The notes beneath the pieces are model-generated. The model made no database searches. It saw only the letters and a program-made list of their open reading frames with translations, and was not told where the DNA came from. The position numbers and the translations under genes are program-made. Shown in pieces: positions 27,495 to 39,187 of a stretch of DNA of 64,000 bases. Every line of letters begins with the position of its first letter. The first letter of the stretch is position 1. The stretch is from Myxococcota bacterium. Lineage in GTDB: Bacteria > Myxococcota_A > UBA796 > GCA-2862545. The stretch lies in contig JBCCQY010000025.1 of NCBI GenBank assembly GCA_039208735.1, forward strand, positions 1 to 64,000, given 5' to 3'.

Positions 27495-28163
27495 TCACGG
27501 CTGTGGAGCGCCCGAGCGAAGCCGAACCGGCATCCACCGGACGCCCGGCTGTCCGGTCAGCGAAGGAATGCGAGAGAACCGCATTTCAGAGACAAAGCTC
27601 TGGTATTCTTCGTCACCCAGTACGTCGGCGATGCGTTTGGCCTGCGCTTGGCGGTACTGGGCGACGTCGCGGCGTGCATTCGCCCATTCCCGAGGGTCCT
27701 GGATGCCGCTGAGTCGTGACTCAGCGCCATCGAGCGTTTCGACGAGCAGGTGGCGTACCCGCTCGGTGGTGTCGGAATCCCACCCGCGCTCATTCGACAG
27801 CTCATCGAGGCGGGCTTCCATCTGATCCCGCCGGTCTTCCGGCTCGGAGCCGAGCGCGGTCGGAGGCTTGAACACACCCGGCGCGGCGGCGAATTCCCGC
27901 TTCAGCGCGCGTACCCGTGGGGCGCCCGGCGGTGCGTTGACCGACCGTGGAGCGAGGGGCTCGCCCTTGACGGCGTCCGCACGCGGAGGGAGCGGCGACC
28001 GAATGCGCTTGGGAGCTTCGCGGGCGACTTTGGGCGTCGCCTGGGTTGACGCTACCGAAGGGCCAGTATCGAAGCGGAAGACCATCGACGCGACGCCCAT
28101 GGCGACCACGGCGAGCCCCACCAGGACTGCCAACCACGTCCAACGTCCGATATTGAGAGGCAT
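27495..28163 (-). CDS. hypothetical membrane-anchored protein
   Basis: N-terminal TM segment, Pro-rich linker, helical C-terminus. Confidence 0.6.
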   Translation of the reverse strand: MPLNIGRWTWLAVLVGLAVVAMGVASMVFRFDTGPSVASTQATPKVAREAPKRIRSPLPPRADAVKGEPLAPRSVNAPPGAPRVRALKREFAAAPGVFKPPTALGSEPEDRRDQMEARLDELSNERGWDSDTTERVRHLLVETLDGAESRLSGIQDPREWANARRDVAQYRQAQAKRIADVLGDEEYQSFVSEMRFSRIPSLTGQPGVRWMPVRLRSGAPQP

Positions 28164-28200
28164 GGCGCACTTTAACGCGCCGTTCGCAGGAGGAGGCGGC

Positions 28201-29115
28201 GTGCCCGAGTACCCGGACGTGGTCGTCTACATCGAGCGGTTGCAGGCGCTCGTTCAAGGTCAGCCGTTGGAGGCGATTCGCCTTGGAAATCCGTTTGTGC
28301 TGCGCACCGTCGTGCCTCCGCTTTCGGTACTCGCCGGCCAGGAGGTGCTCGAAATCCGCCGCATGGGCAAGCGCATCGTCTTTGGATTCCCCGAATCTAG
28401 GTTTCTCGTCATTCACCTGATGATCGCGGGCCGTCTGCGAATGAAGAAAAAGGGGGCCAGTCAACGAGGCCGAGACGTCCTTGCGGTGTTCGACTTTCCC
28501 AAGGCAAGCCTCGTGTTCACCGAAGCAAGCAAGAAAAAGCGGGCCTCCATTCACCTGGTGGAGGGCGAAGAGGCGCTGACGCCCTTCGACCGAGGTGGGC
28601 TCGAGGTGTTCGACATCGACCTGGTGACGTTCACCGAGCGGTTGCGGGCCCGTCGGCACACCCTCAAGCGGGCGCTCACCGACCCTCGGATCTTCAGTGG
28701 CATCGGCAATGCCTACTCGGATGAGATCCTTTGGCGCGCCAAGCTTTCGCCCATCAAGCTCACCACCTCGGTGACGGACGAAGAGGCGGAGACCCTCCTT
28801 GAGGCGATTCGCACCGAGTTGACCGCGTGGACCGACCGCTTTCGAGACGAGGTGGGTGACGGATTCCCCGACAAGGTCACGGCGTTTCGCGAAGAGATGG
28901 CCATGCACGGTAAGTTTCGCAAGCCCTGTCCTCGTTGTGGAGACCCGGTCCAACGAATCGTGCATGCCGAGAACGAGAGCAACTACTGTGCGACATGCCA
29001 GACCAACGGACGCCTGCTCGCAGACCGAGCCCTGTCGCGGTTGCTCAAGTCGGATTGGCCGCGAACCCTATCCGAACTCGAAGAGCGCCTCGGGACCGAC
29101 GACAAATCGGATTGA
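28201..29115 (+). CDS. Fpg/Nei-family DNA glycosylase/AP lyase
   Basis: Start reassigned to GTG 28201 (PEYPDV; RBS GGAGG); GKR, HLMIAG, H2TH GIGNAYSDE, Zn finger CPRC..CATCQ. Confidence 0.9.
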   Translation: MPEYPDVVVYIERLQALVQGQPLEAIRLGNPFVLRTVVPPLSVLAGQEVLEIRRMGKRIVFGFPESRFLVIHLMIAGRLRMKKKGASQRGRDVLAVFDFPKASLVFTEASKKKRASIHLVEGEEALTPFDRGGLEVFDIDLVTFTERLRARRHTLKRALTDPRIFSGIGNAYSDEILWRAKLSPIKLTTSVTDEEAETLLEAIRTELTAWTDRFRDEVGDGFPDKVTAFREEMAMHGKFRKPCPRCGDPVQRIVHAENESNYCATCQTNGRLLADRALSRLLKSDWPRTLSELEERLGTDDKSD

Positions 29116-29118
29116 AGG

Positions 29119-30336
29119 TCAGCCGTTGTTCGGTGAAAGTGTTGTTCGAACCTCCATCTGACTGTGCAGGGTGCGATGCACAGGGCACCGGTCTGCGATC
29201 TCGAGGAGGCGCTGGCGCTGCTCTGCAGAAAGGTCTCCGACCACGTCGAGGGTTCGGTGGATGACTTCGAGGCGTACCGATTCGCCCTCGGCGCACCCCG
29301 CGCAGTCCTTGGCGTGGTTGCGTTCGTGGCGTAGCGTGACGATCACCTCTTCGAGCGGCCACTGTTTGCGATCGGCGTACATGCGAAGCGTCATCGCGGT
29401 GCACGCTCCCAGCGACGAAAGCAGCAGGTCGTAGGGAGTCGGCCCGGTGTCGGTGCCTCCAAGGCTCGGGGGTTCGTCGGCCACGAATCGATGATGCCCG
29501 GCGCGGATCTCGGTCCGGAATCCCGAAGACACCACGGCTTCGACCTCGCCATGGGCCAACGGAGCGTCAGCGGTCGGAGGGTCCAGGGTGCGGTCCGCCC
29601 AGGCTGCGATGAGGCTTCCCACCCAGGCTGCGTCTCGCCGGTCGGTCAGCAGATGGTCGGCTTGGTCTAGCGAAACGAACGACTTGGGATGCCTGGCGGC
29701 AAGAAACATGTCGCGCGCGTGATCGATCCCGACCACGGTGTCGAAGGGTGCGTGGAGGACGAGCAGCGGACGCCCCAGGTTGGCCAGATCCTCTTCGATC
29801 GAGCTGCGTTCCAGATCTTCGAGGAGGGCCTGGCCCACCTTCAACGTGCGGCCGGCAAGCTCGATCTCGGCCTCACCGCTCGTTTTCAATGTCTCGCGAA
29901 CGGGAGCCAAGATGTGAGCCGCGTGACTGGGGTCAAAGGGCGCCCCGATCGTGACGACCCCACGAACGTCGGGGAGTTCCTTGGCGGCGGCCACGACGGC
30001 GGCCCCACCGAGGCTATGGCCTACCAGGAGCCGGACGGGACCTTCGCGTTCGGCTAGCCAACGGGCCGCGGTGACGAGGTCGGCCACATTGGACAGGAAG
30101 GTGGTTTCGGTAAATGCACCTTCGGATTCCCCGAGTCCGGTGAAATCAAATCTCAAGACCCCGTAGCCCTCGATGGCCAGAGCATCCGTGATGAGGCGCG
30201 CGGCCCGCAGATCTTTGCCGCACGTGAAACAGTGGGCCAACACAGCCCACCCTTGCGGGCGACCGGCGGGACGCCGAAGTCTTCCCGCTAAGATGGCTCC
30301 GGTGGAACCCTCGAAGGTGACCCGCTCGTCTCGCAT
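29119..30336 (-). CDS. bifunctional alpha/beta hydrolase-OsmC family protein
   Basis: Start reassigned to ATG 30336; AHCFTC, GHSLGG, ADEP..GPTPYDLL..LGACT, RCPVH. Confidence 0.92.
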   Translation of the reverse strand: MRDERVTFEGSTGAILAGRLRRPAGRPQGWAVLAHCFTCGKDLRAARLITDALAIEGYGVLRFDFTGLGESEGAFTETTFLSNVADLVTAARWLAEREGPVRLLVGHSLGGAAVVAAAKELPDVRGVVTIGAPFDPSHAAHILAPVRETLKTSGEAEIELAGRTLKVGQALLEDLERSSIEEDLANLGRPLLVLHAPFDTVVGIDHARDMFLAARHPKSFVSLDQADHLLTDRRDAAWVGSLIAAWADRTLDPPTADAPLAHGEVEAVVSSGFRTEIRAGHHRFVADEPPSLGGTDTGPTPYDLLLSSLGACTAMTLRMYADRKQWPLEEVIVTLRHERNHAKDCAGCAEGESVRLEVIHRTLDVVGDLSAEQRQRLLEIADRCPVHRTLHSQMEVRTTLSPNNG

Positions 30337-30402
30337 GCGTCCTCCGTGTCCTGGCATCGCTTCGTGGATGGTATGACACACCGCAGTTCCAGGAGAACAG
30401 CG

Positions 30403-30801
30403 ATGCCCCTCGAAGACATCGACCCCAAGACCGCGTTACAGCGCCAGTCCGAAGGTGCCCGCTACATCGACGTCCGCGCCCCCGAGGAGTTCGCCGCGGG
30501 TCACCCGACCGGCGCCGTCAACATCCCCATCGCGTTTGCCACGCCCACCGGAATGGCGCCCAACCCTGAGTTTGTGAGCGTGGTGCAGCGGCACTTCTCG
30601 CCTGACACGACACTCTTGCTCGGCTGCAAGAGCGGAGGTCGGAGCGCACGGGCACTGCAGGCGTTGGCCGCGGCGGGCTTTACGAACCTCGCCAACGTGG
30701 TCGGCGGATTCTACGGTGGACCGGGGGCTCCCGGGTGGAGTGATCTTGGCTTGCCCTCGTCGACCGAGACCGAGGGTGTGTCGTACGACGACCTGAAGTA
30801 G
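30403..30801 (+). CDS. single-domain rhodanese (sulfurtransferase)
   Basis: Start reassigned to ATG 30403 (RBS AGGAG); DVRAPEEFAAGH, CKSGGRS. Confidence 0.9.
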   Translation: MPLEDIDPKTALQRQSEGARYIDVRAPEEFAAGHPTGAVNIPIAFATPTGMAPNPEFVSVVQRHFSPDTTLLLGCKSGGRSARALQALAAAGFTNLANVVGGFYGGPGAPGWSDLGLPSSTETEGVSYDDLK

Positions 30802-30807
30802 ACCGCT

Positions 30808-31410
30808 GTGGCACGGGGCTGCGGCTGCTTCATTCCGCTTGCCATGACGGTCCTGGGCTTCGGGTTCGGAGTCCAAGCGCTGACCGTGTTGTCGACCAAT
30901 CCAGAGCCCACCCAGGTTCCTTGCGCCGATTTGGTCGACCAGCCCCCCCCGGCAGACTGGCTGCGGCTCGAGCGGTGCGAGGCCGACCCGGTCGTCGCCT
31001 TGCACCTTGGCCAGGGGCACCCGAGAGAAGCGTGGGCGGTGCTTCGCTCCACGGGAGCCACGAGCGACGATCCGGTCCACATCATTGTTGAAATCGACGA
31101 TCGTGAACTGCTTTCGAGGATGCCTCTCGACGGAACCCTGACGGAGGAGCTGCAAGAGTCGCTGGCGATCAGCGAAGGACGCGTGAGGGGCAGCGATGGG
31201 CTTGGCATGCGCGCGCGTACCCTACTCGACCAGGCCGGCTTCGAGGTTGCCCCCGACGTGGTGGTTCTGCGCTGGGGCGATCGGCCGACGCTGATGGCGG
31301 TGGTGGCCTGGCTAGGGCTGGGAGGCCTTGGCGTTGTCGCTTTGGCGGTGACCGTTCTGTCCATCCTGATGCCCACCCACGACTCCGAGAGGACGTCCGC
31401 GGTATCGTGA
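30808..31410 (+). CDS. hypothetical membrane protein (two TM segments flanking a soluble domain)
   Basis: N- and C-terminal hydrophobic segments; operonic spacing. Confidence 0.6.
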   Translation: MARGCGCFIPLAMTVLGFGFGVQALTVLSTNPEPTQVPCADLVDQPPPADWLRLERCEADPVVALHLGQGHPREAWAVLRSTGATSDDPVHIIVEIDDRELLSRMPLDGTLTEELQESLAISEGRVRGSDGLGMRARTLLDQAGFEVAPDVVVLRWGDRPTLMAVVAWLGLGGLGVVALAVTVLSILMPTHDSERTSAVS

Positions 31411-31426
31411 CGCCGCTGGAGGCAGC

Positions 31427-32113
31427 ATGCTGTGGATGATCGCGACGGCCGCGTGGGCCGCCTATCCGACCCCAGACCGGCCCTACGTCACCCGCAGCGG
31501 CGCGCTCGTGGCGGCCAATACCCTCGAACTCGAGCTTGGGTACCGCTACTTGAACGTGAGCCAGGTGCCGGCGGCGCTCAAATACACGGTAAAGGGCGGT
31601 GTGGTCGAAGCGCGCGTGGAAGCGAATCTTTCGGGCGTGGGTCAGAATGCGCCCGATCTCCTTGCCGGGATGAAGGTCAAGTTGCTGCGACAAGAGCGAA
31701 ACAGCCTCGCGTTGTGGGCCGCTTCGGCGGTGCCGGTGGGGGAGGGTGAAGCCTGGCGCGGCGAGCTGCACCTGCTGTTCACCACCGTTCTGAGCAGCGC
31801 GGTGGGCCTCCGTGTCGAATCGGGCATCGACTTTGTTGGGGGCGACGGCATCAATTTCGGAGGGGTGCCGCTGAATGCCGCGGTGACGTACCATCCCGTT
31901 CGTCGATTTGGGCTCATCGGCGAAGTGTCAGGCGTCATCGGGAGCCCAGGCTGTGACGACCGCTGCATCTACGGCAATGCCCAGGTGATGGCGGGGATTC
32001 GCGGTCGCCTGACCGAACTGTTGGTGGTCGATGCGTCGGGCGGCTACGCGTTCACCCCCGACGAACCCTTTGTGGGCGTGGGGTTCACTTCGAACTTTGG
32101 CAGGGTTGAGTAG
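31427..32113 (+). CDS. putative outer-membrane beta-barrel protein
   Basis: Signal peptide (AWA), PDRP motif, alternating amphipathic strands, aromatic C-terminus. Confidence 0.6.
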   Translation: MLWMIATAAWAAYPTPDRPYVTRSGALVAANTLELELGYRYLNVSQVPAALKYTVKGGVVEARVEANLSGVGQNAPDLLAGMKVKLLRQERNSLALWAASAVPVGEGEAWRGELHLLFTTVLSSAVGLRVESGIDFVGGDGINFGGVPLNAAVTYHPVRRFGLIGEVSGVIGSPGCDDRCIYGNAQVMAGIRGRLTELLVVDASGGYAFTPDEPFVGVGFTSNFGRVE

Positions 32114-32116
32114 ACA

Positions 32117-33418
32117 GTGGTGGTCGGGCTCTGGTGGACGCTTGGGGGTTGCCTCGGGCTGGGAGAAACGGTTCCCCCGGCCCCGCCGCTTGCGGTGGAT
32201 CACGGGGTGGATGTGGCCAAAAAGCGCATCCGCATCGGGGCCCTCAACGATGAGTCCGGCCCTGCCAAGGCCATCGGCCATCCGTTTGCGGTGGGCAAGC
32301 GGGTGCTGGTGGCGGCCGTCAATGCGGGCGGCACCGGGGTGCTGCCCGATGGATGGACCGTCGAACTCGTCGAGCGCGATCACGGCTACGTGCCCAAGGA
32401 GGCGCAGCGTGCCCTTCAGACCCTTCGTGACGACGTACTCTTTGTGTCGACGAGTTTTGGCACCGACCACACCCTGGCCCTTCAAGAGGGGTTGAGTGCG
32501 GCGAACCTCATGGCGTTTCCGGCTTCGCTGTCGACCGCCCTTCAGGGTCATGCCCTGACCCCACCATTGGGCGCTTCCTACGAGGCGGAAGCGCGGCGTG
32601 CTGTCGACTACCTGATCGACGATGCCGATGGACGTCCCGTACGAATCGCGGTGATTCATCAAGACGATGCCTACGGCCGAGACGTGGCGAAGGGAGCCGC
32701 ACGCGGTGCGCAGGACTACGCGTTGTCGGTCACGCTGGCCCTTCCCATTGCGGGGCCTGGCGATCCCGAGGCCTTGAGCGATCAGCTCTCCAAATCCTCG
32801 ATTACCCACGTGGTGCTCGGCACATTGCCGCCGCTGACCCTCGGGTTGCTCGAAGCAGCGGTGTCTCGTTCGTCCGAAATCGCTTGGGTGGGGACGACCC
32901 CTGCGTGGAGTGATGCATTTGAGGCTCGCCCTGATGCCAAGGAGCTTCTCGCGCGGTACGCCCAGGCCTCTTCGTTGCCGTTTTGGGGCGAAGAAGTCCC
33001 GGGAATGACCGAATTTGAAAAGGCGTTTGCCACTCATGCACCAGGCGAGACCCCCGACGGCTACGTGCTCATGGCGTACGTGCAAGGCATGGTGCAACTC
33101 GAAGCCGTGCGAGAGGCGATCGAGGCGGGAGACGTGACCCGACAGGGGTACCGCAAGGCGCTCGGCGGGCTCCACCATGTCGATGCACACGGCATGTTGG
33201 GTGCGCTGGATCTGTCCCGTTTGCCCGGGGCCGTTACCGAGCGCGTGCGCATTCTGAAGCCTCGACTCGCAACGGAAGGGCCTCGCTTTGCTGAGGTTCT
33301 GCCACAGACGAGGCCCGGACCGCGCCGCGAGCGCCCGGGGCAAGCGGCGATGGACGATGAGGCGAGTTCGGGGAGCTACCCGGGTGAGGGGGCGGACGAA
33401 CTCGACGCCGAGCCGTAG
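32117..33418 (+). CDS. branched-chain-type (LivJ-like) ABC substrate-binding lipoprotein
   Basis: LGGC lipobox-like, IRIGALNDESGP, NAGG, DHGY, DDAYG. Confidence 0.8.
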   Translation: MVVGLWWTLGGCLGLGETVPPAPPLAVDHGVDVAKKRIRIGALNDESGPAKAIGHPFAVGKRVLVAAVNAGGTGVLPDGWTVELVERDHGYVPKEAQRALQTLRDDVLFVSTSFGTDHTLALQEGLSAANLMAFPASLSTALQGHALTPPLGASYEAEARRAVDYLIDDADGRPVRIAVIHQDDAYGRDVAKGAARGAQDYALSVTLALPIAGPGDPEALSDQLSKSSITHVVLGTLPPLTLGLLEAAVSRSSEIAWVGTTPAWSDAFEARPDAKELLARYAQASSLPFWGEEVPGMTEFEKAFATHAPGETPDGYVLMAYVQGMVQLEAVREAIEAGDVTRQGYRKALGGLHHVDAHGMLGALDLSRLPGAVTERVRILKPRLATEGPRFAEVLPQTRPGPRRERPGQAAMDDEASSGSYPGEGADELDAEP

Positions 33419-33440
33419 TCTTACTCACGACCATCCTTCG

Positions 33441-35888
33441 TTAGCCGCCCCGCAACCCCACACCGATGCGAATGATGTCGGCCAGAACGCCGCTTGCGGT
33501 GACCGCTCCCCCCGCTCCGGCTCCACTGACGACCAATGGATGGGTCGCATACCGCTCGGTGTAGAACGCGACCATCGACTGGCTCGATGACAAGGCGAAG
33601 GCAGGATGACCTTGCCCCACGGTCGTCACCCCAACCTTCAGCACGGGGGTGGCCGCAGGATCGATGACGGCGAGGTAACGGAGGACTTCGCCGCGCCCCC
33701 GCGCGGCGGAGACCCGGTCTGCGAGCCCTTGTCGGGCATCTTTGAGCGCCTCGAGAAACGCCTCAACTTCCGGGATGTCGAGCAGGGTGGCGTCGACGAG
33801 AGGTTCGATTTCGACTTGGTCCATTTCGAGGTCGAGCCCAAGACGTCGGGCCAGGATGAGCGCCTTGCGCGCAGCATCGACGCCTCCGAGGTCCTCTTGG
33901 GGGCGAGGTTCGGTAAATCCCCGTTCCCGGGCATCTGCGACCGCTTGATCGACCGGGACGCCCTTCGAAAGCTCGTCGCATAGATAGCCGAGCGTCCCCG
34001 ACAACGAACCGACGATGCGATTGACGACATCGCCAGTCTGGATCAGCGTATCGAGGGTGGAGAGCACAGGGAGGGCCGCGCCCACGGTGGTTTCGTGTTG
34101 GTACGATCGGTGGGCGCGTCTGGCGGCATCGCGGAGTGCCGCGGCCTCCTCGCCTGCGATGGTCAGCGGCTTCTTATTGGCGGCCACCACGTGGATGCCC
34201 CGCGCGAAGGCTTCGCGGTACAGCGCTTCCATCCCCGCTGCGGCGGTGCAGTCGACAAGGATGGGAACCGGCAACCGGGCCAATTGATCGAGCACATCCG
34301 AGGTCACGGGACCGTGGGGTCCAAAGGCCGTCTCCGCCTGTTGGGACCAGGTATCGGCGTGAAGTCCCTCGGCGTCGAAGGCTAGCTTAGCGCTCGTAGC
34401 TACGCCCACGAGCTGGGGGTCGATGCGCAAAGACGTCCGTAGGGCATGCCGTTGGTCACTGATTTGGGTGAGCAGCTGCGATCCGACGACCCCCGTGCCG
34501 AGCAACACGATGGACAGGGGGGTGTGGGTCAGGTGGAACGCAGCGTGAACGGTCCGTACCGCCGTCACCAGGTCGGCATGATCGACCACGCAGGAGATCG
34601 ACCGAGCGGTGGCGGATTGACCGATCGTGTGGACGTTCACGCCGATCTGGCCGAGTGCCGCGAACATGCGGCCGGCCACATTTGGGGTGCGGCCCATCGC
34701 TTCTGCGACCAGCGTCAAGAGCGCGACTGGGGTTCGCACGCGAATCGATTCGAGCGCTTCGCGGGAAAGCTCGGTGGCGAACACCCGCTCGAGTTCGTCT
34801 TTCACCGCGTGGGCTTGGGCTTGGGGTACGACGAGCGACAGCGCTTGGCCGTGGGCGGAGTGGGTGACCAGCCACACCTGTTCGGTGACGGTCTGCAATG
34901 CCCGGTGGACCCGTTCCCCGAACTCCGGCGAGTGGTGCCGGTCTCGGAGTCGAAGGTCGAGCAGGGCCAAGTCGGTGACCGACGTGACCGAGGTGGCGCG
35001 GGTCTCGTCGTCGCTGCCGTGTTGGTCCACGGTCGTGCCAGGGTCCGCGGGGTCGAACGTGTTGCGGACTACCATGGGAATGCGCGACGCGAGCAGGGGG
35101 ACCAGGGTGCGAGGATGCAGCACGCGCGCGCCAAAGGTCGCAAGCTCGAGGGCTTCTCCGTAGGTCATCCGCTCGAGGGTTCGCGCGTCAGAGACGATGG
35201 CCGGGTCGGCCGTCATGACCCCCGCCACGTCCGACCAGATCTGAAGCTCCTTGGCGGAAAGGGCGTTGGCCACGAGGGCGGCCGTGTAATCCGAGCCGCC
35301 TCGACCAAGGGTAGTGGTACGACCGTCGCTCGTCGATCCCACGAACCCCATGATGACGGGCACCGCATTACCCAGTGGGATCAGCGTCTCTCGAAGCGCC
35401 GCATAGGACGCCACTTCGTCGACATGGGCTTGGCCGAAGCGGGCATCGGTGCGGCACCAACGCCTCGAATCGATGGGCTGGGCGGATCCGCCTGCCGCAA
35501 TGAGGCGTGCGGTGACCACCTCGACCGCCAACATCTCTCCATACGCGAGGACCGAGTCCCGCGTGGCGTCGGAAGCCTCACCAAGCAGGGCCACGCCGAC
35601 GAGGAGCTGCCGAATCTCGTCGACGCGGGCCGTGAGCGAGCCCGTCAGATCGTCGGACTGCGCGCATTGCATCGCGGTTTCGAGGACCTGGTCGAGCTGG
35701 GCAAACGCCCCTTGTCGATCGCGGCGCTCGGCGCGGTCTAAGGCTTCGGCGAGTCGGTCGGTGGTGCTTCCCAGGGCCGAGACGACCACGGCAGGCTGCT
35801 CCTCGGCCATCACCAGGGCGCACACGCGGGTGAGGTTTTCAGGAGAGCCGATCGACGTGCCTCCGAACTTCAAGACGGTCCAGGTCAC
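33441..35888 (-). CDS. metL: bifunctional aspartate kinase/homoserine dehydrogenase (ThrA/MetL type)
   Basis: Start reassigned to GTG 35888 (GTGA overlap with metX); KFGGTS, LGRGGSDYTA, ACT domains, GTGVVG, ANKK, ETTVGAALP, GAGAG..TASG. Confidence 0.9.
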   Translation of the reverse strand: MTWTVLKFGGTSIGSPENLTRVCALVMAEEQPAVVVSALGSTTDRLAEALDRAERRDRQGAFAQLDQVLETAMQCAQSDDLTGSLTARVDEIRQLLVGVALLGEASDATRDSVLAYGEMLAVEVVTARLIAAGGSAQPIDSRRWCRTDARFGQAHVDEVASYAALRETLIPLGNAVPVIMGFVGSTSDGRTTTLGRGGSDYTAALVANALSAKELQIWSDVAGVMTADPAIVSDARTLERMTYGEALELATFGARVLHPRTLVPLLASRIPMVVRNTFDPADPGTTVDQHGSDDETRATSVTSVTDLALLDLRLRDRHHSPEFGERVHRALQTVTEQVWLVTHSAHGQALSLVVPQAQAHAVKDELERVFATELSREALESIRVRTPVALLTLVAEAMGRTPNVAGRMFAALGQIGVNVHTIGQSATARSISCVVDHADLVTAVRTVHAAFHLTHTPLSIVLLGTGVVGSQLLTQISDQRHALRTSLRIDPQLVGVATSAKLAFDAEGLHADTWSQQAETAFGPHGPVTSDVLDQLARLPVPILVDCTAAAGMEALYREAFARGIHVVAANKKPLTIAGEEAAALRDAARRAHRSYQHETTVGAALPVLSTLDTLIQTGDVVNRIVGSLSGTLGYLCDELSKGVPVDQAVADARERGFTEPRPQEDLGGVDAARKALILARRLGLDLEMDQVEIEPLVDATLLDIPEVEAFLEALKDARQGLADRVSAARGRGEVLRYLAVIDPAATPVLKVGVTTVGQGHPAFALSSSQSMVAFYTERYATHPLVVSGAGAGGAVTASGVLADIIRIGVGLRGG

Positions 35889-37030
35889 GAATCGATCTCC
35901 AGGAGGGTGCCGAGAAGCGTCCCCGGCATGAGGAAGGCGTCGTGGCCATGCGGGCTTGACAGCTCTCGATAGCTGCCGCCAGGCACGGATTCGCACAACG
36001 CACGAAGCAAATGAGGGTGAAACAGCTCGTCGGAGTGGATGCCTACGCCCCGGACATCGTGGAGCCGGGCGCGTCCCCACTCCCCGTCGGTCGACCAGGA
36101 TTCGTGGTCATCTCGTGTGGGGCGTGTTTCGAGATCGTGGTGGTCCATCGCATCCAGCATCGACACGTAGGAGGCAGGATCAAACCTTGAAACGAGCTTT
36201 GCGCCGTGGTGCTGCAGGTAGGTTTGCATGGCATAAGCACCAAAGGGGTGGGTGCCGCGAACCGTTCGCCCTTGCCGCTCTTCGAGCCCTTGCTCACTGC
36301 GGTACGAGAGGTGGGCAAGGGCCCGAGCGAGAGGCAACCCGGCCACGGGGTCCGTGAGTACGGCTTGCCGACCCACGTGATTGAAGCCCAGGATCCAAGG
36401 TGTACTACGAGGGCCACACGCCACCGCGTCGACCGCTTCGAATCGATCGGGCGCCAGCACTTGCATGCAAAGGGCGAGGTTGCCGCCGATCGAGCCGCCT
36501 ACCACGCGTTCGACGCGTTTGACGCCCAGTCCATCGAGCGCCAACAGGGTGACCCGGGCTTGGTCCCAGGCCGTGAGGGGAGCGGGGCGCCAGCTTGGGT
36601 TCGGTGGGAGGTTGTTGAGGTCTGGCGGCTCGGGAAGGTCAGACCAGCGCGGAAACGCTGCGTCCGCCGGTCCGTAGGACCCGTAGCAGGACCCGAGGTG
36701 ATTCAGGCCGATTAGTCGCGTTTTTGTTGGGTCGTAGGGACCATCTGGCCCGATGAGGAACGACCACCATCCATCGGGCTCGCCGGCTTGTGCATCGCCC
36801 GTCAATGCGTGCATGAACAAGACCGTGGGCACATCTGCCTCGAGCCGCGGCGGGGGGCTTGCCCAAAGCGTTTCAAGCGCCGCCGCATCTCTTCGAATCG
36901 GGCCTGGGTCGATGTCGATGGGGGACAAACCTTCCAGGCCCGGACCTGCCGCCCAACCGCGCACGTGGAGCCCTGGCAAACGGAGTCCGCATTGCAGTGT
37001 CAGTGGCGGTAGCGGAAGGTCGAACTGCAC
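35885..37030 (-). CDS. metX: homoserine O-acyl(acetyl)transferase MetX
   Basis: HALTG, LGSCYGS, nucleophile GGSIGG, SDELF, HGHDAFL. Confidence 0.9.
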   Translation of the reverse strand: MQFDLPLPPLTLQCGLRLPGLHVRGWAAGPGLEGLSPIDIDPGPIRRDAAALETLWASPPPRLEADVPTVLFMHALTGDAQAGEPDGWWSFLIGPDGPYDPTKTRLIGLNHLGSCYGSYGPADAAFPRWSDLPEPPDLNNLPPNPSWRPAPLTAWDQARVTLLALDGLGVKRVERVVGGSIGGNLALCMQVLAPDRFEAVDAVACGPRSTPWILGFNHVGRQAVLTDPVAGLPLARALAHLSYRSEQGLEERQGRTVRGTHPFGAYAMQTYLQHHGAKLVSRFDPASYVSMLDAMDHHDLETRPTRDDHESWSTDGEWGRARLHDVRGVGIHSDELFHPHLLRALCESVPGGSYRELSSPHGHDAFLMPGTLLGTLLEIDS

Positions 37031-37032
37031 GA

Positions 37033-38502
<1,470 letters not shown>

Positions 38503-38540
38503 TCGGACGATGGTGTGGGTGGGTTGTCGGCATCTTCTCG

Positions 38541-38569
38541 ACCTTCCGCGTTCTGTGGAGCGACGTCAA
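38541..38569 (-). promoter_or_regulatory. candidate sigma70-type promoter for the met operon
   Basis: TTGACG-N17-GAAGGT, 7 nt before the leader ATG; the -10 element is a weak match. Confidence 0.4.
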
Positions 38570-38704
38570 GCGCGTCCGTTTCACAGGATGTGTGTCTTCC
38601 TGCTGGCGCCAGCGTTATTCGCGGATCCAAACCGATGACCACCGTGGCATTGGCCGCGCGCGGGGTCGGGCTGCGCGTGCCTAAAATCTACGTGTGTGGT
38701 GCCG

Positions 38705-39187
38705 ATGGTCGAGGGCGAGGAGACGCCCTTGAATACAAGCTCAAATTCGTCGGTGGTGCCTTCCACGTTGATCGTTGATGACAATGAAGCGGACGCGGTC
38801 TGGACCAAGCGAACCCTCGAACGGTCGGGTCGCTATGGCGAGATCTTCGTCGAGGAGAGCGGCTCTGACGCGATCGCGCGGTTCCGCGAATACGAAGCCC
38901 GTCGCCAGAAAGAGCCCGCCCGGTGTCCTCCAATGCTCGTCCTGCTCGACATCAACATGCCGGGAATGAATGGCTACGACGTGCTCAAGGCCTTGCGCGC
39001 AAGTCCTCACCGCGCGGATTCGCCTGCGCTTCCGCACCACATTTTCATGCTGTCGTCGTCCGACGATGACTTCGACAAACTCCTGTCGCGCAGCTTCGAG
39101 ATGGTGGGCGGGTATTTGGTCAAGCCGCTCTCACCAAGCCAGGCAGCGGACCTCGCGGACCGATTTGGAACGCCAACTCATGAGTGA
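38705..39187 (+). CDS. single-domain response regulator (Rcp/CheY-like)
   Basis: LIVDDN, LLDINMP, MLSSS, YLVKP; start uncertain. Confidence 0.88.
   Translation: MVEGEETPLNTSSNSSVVPSTLIVDDNEADAVWTKRTLERSGRYGEIFVEESGSDAIARFREYEARRQKEPARCPPMLVLLDINMPGMNGYDVLKALRASPHRADSPALPHHIFMLSSSDDDFDKLLSRSFEMVGGYLVKPLSPSQAADLADRFGTPTHE

Noticed and set aside
28201..28218. Inactive Fpg because the N-terminus reads PEYPDV instead of PELPEV
   Set aside because: The catalytic Pro2-Glu3, the H2TH motif and the zinc finger are all retained.
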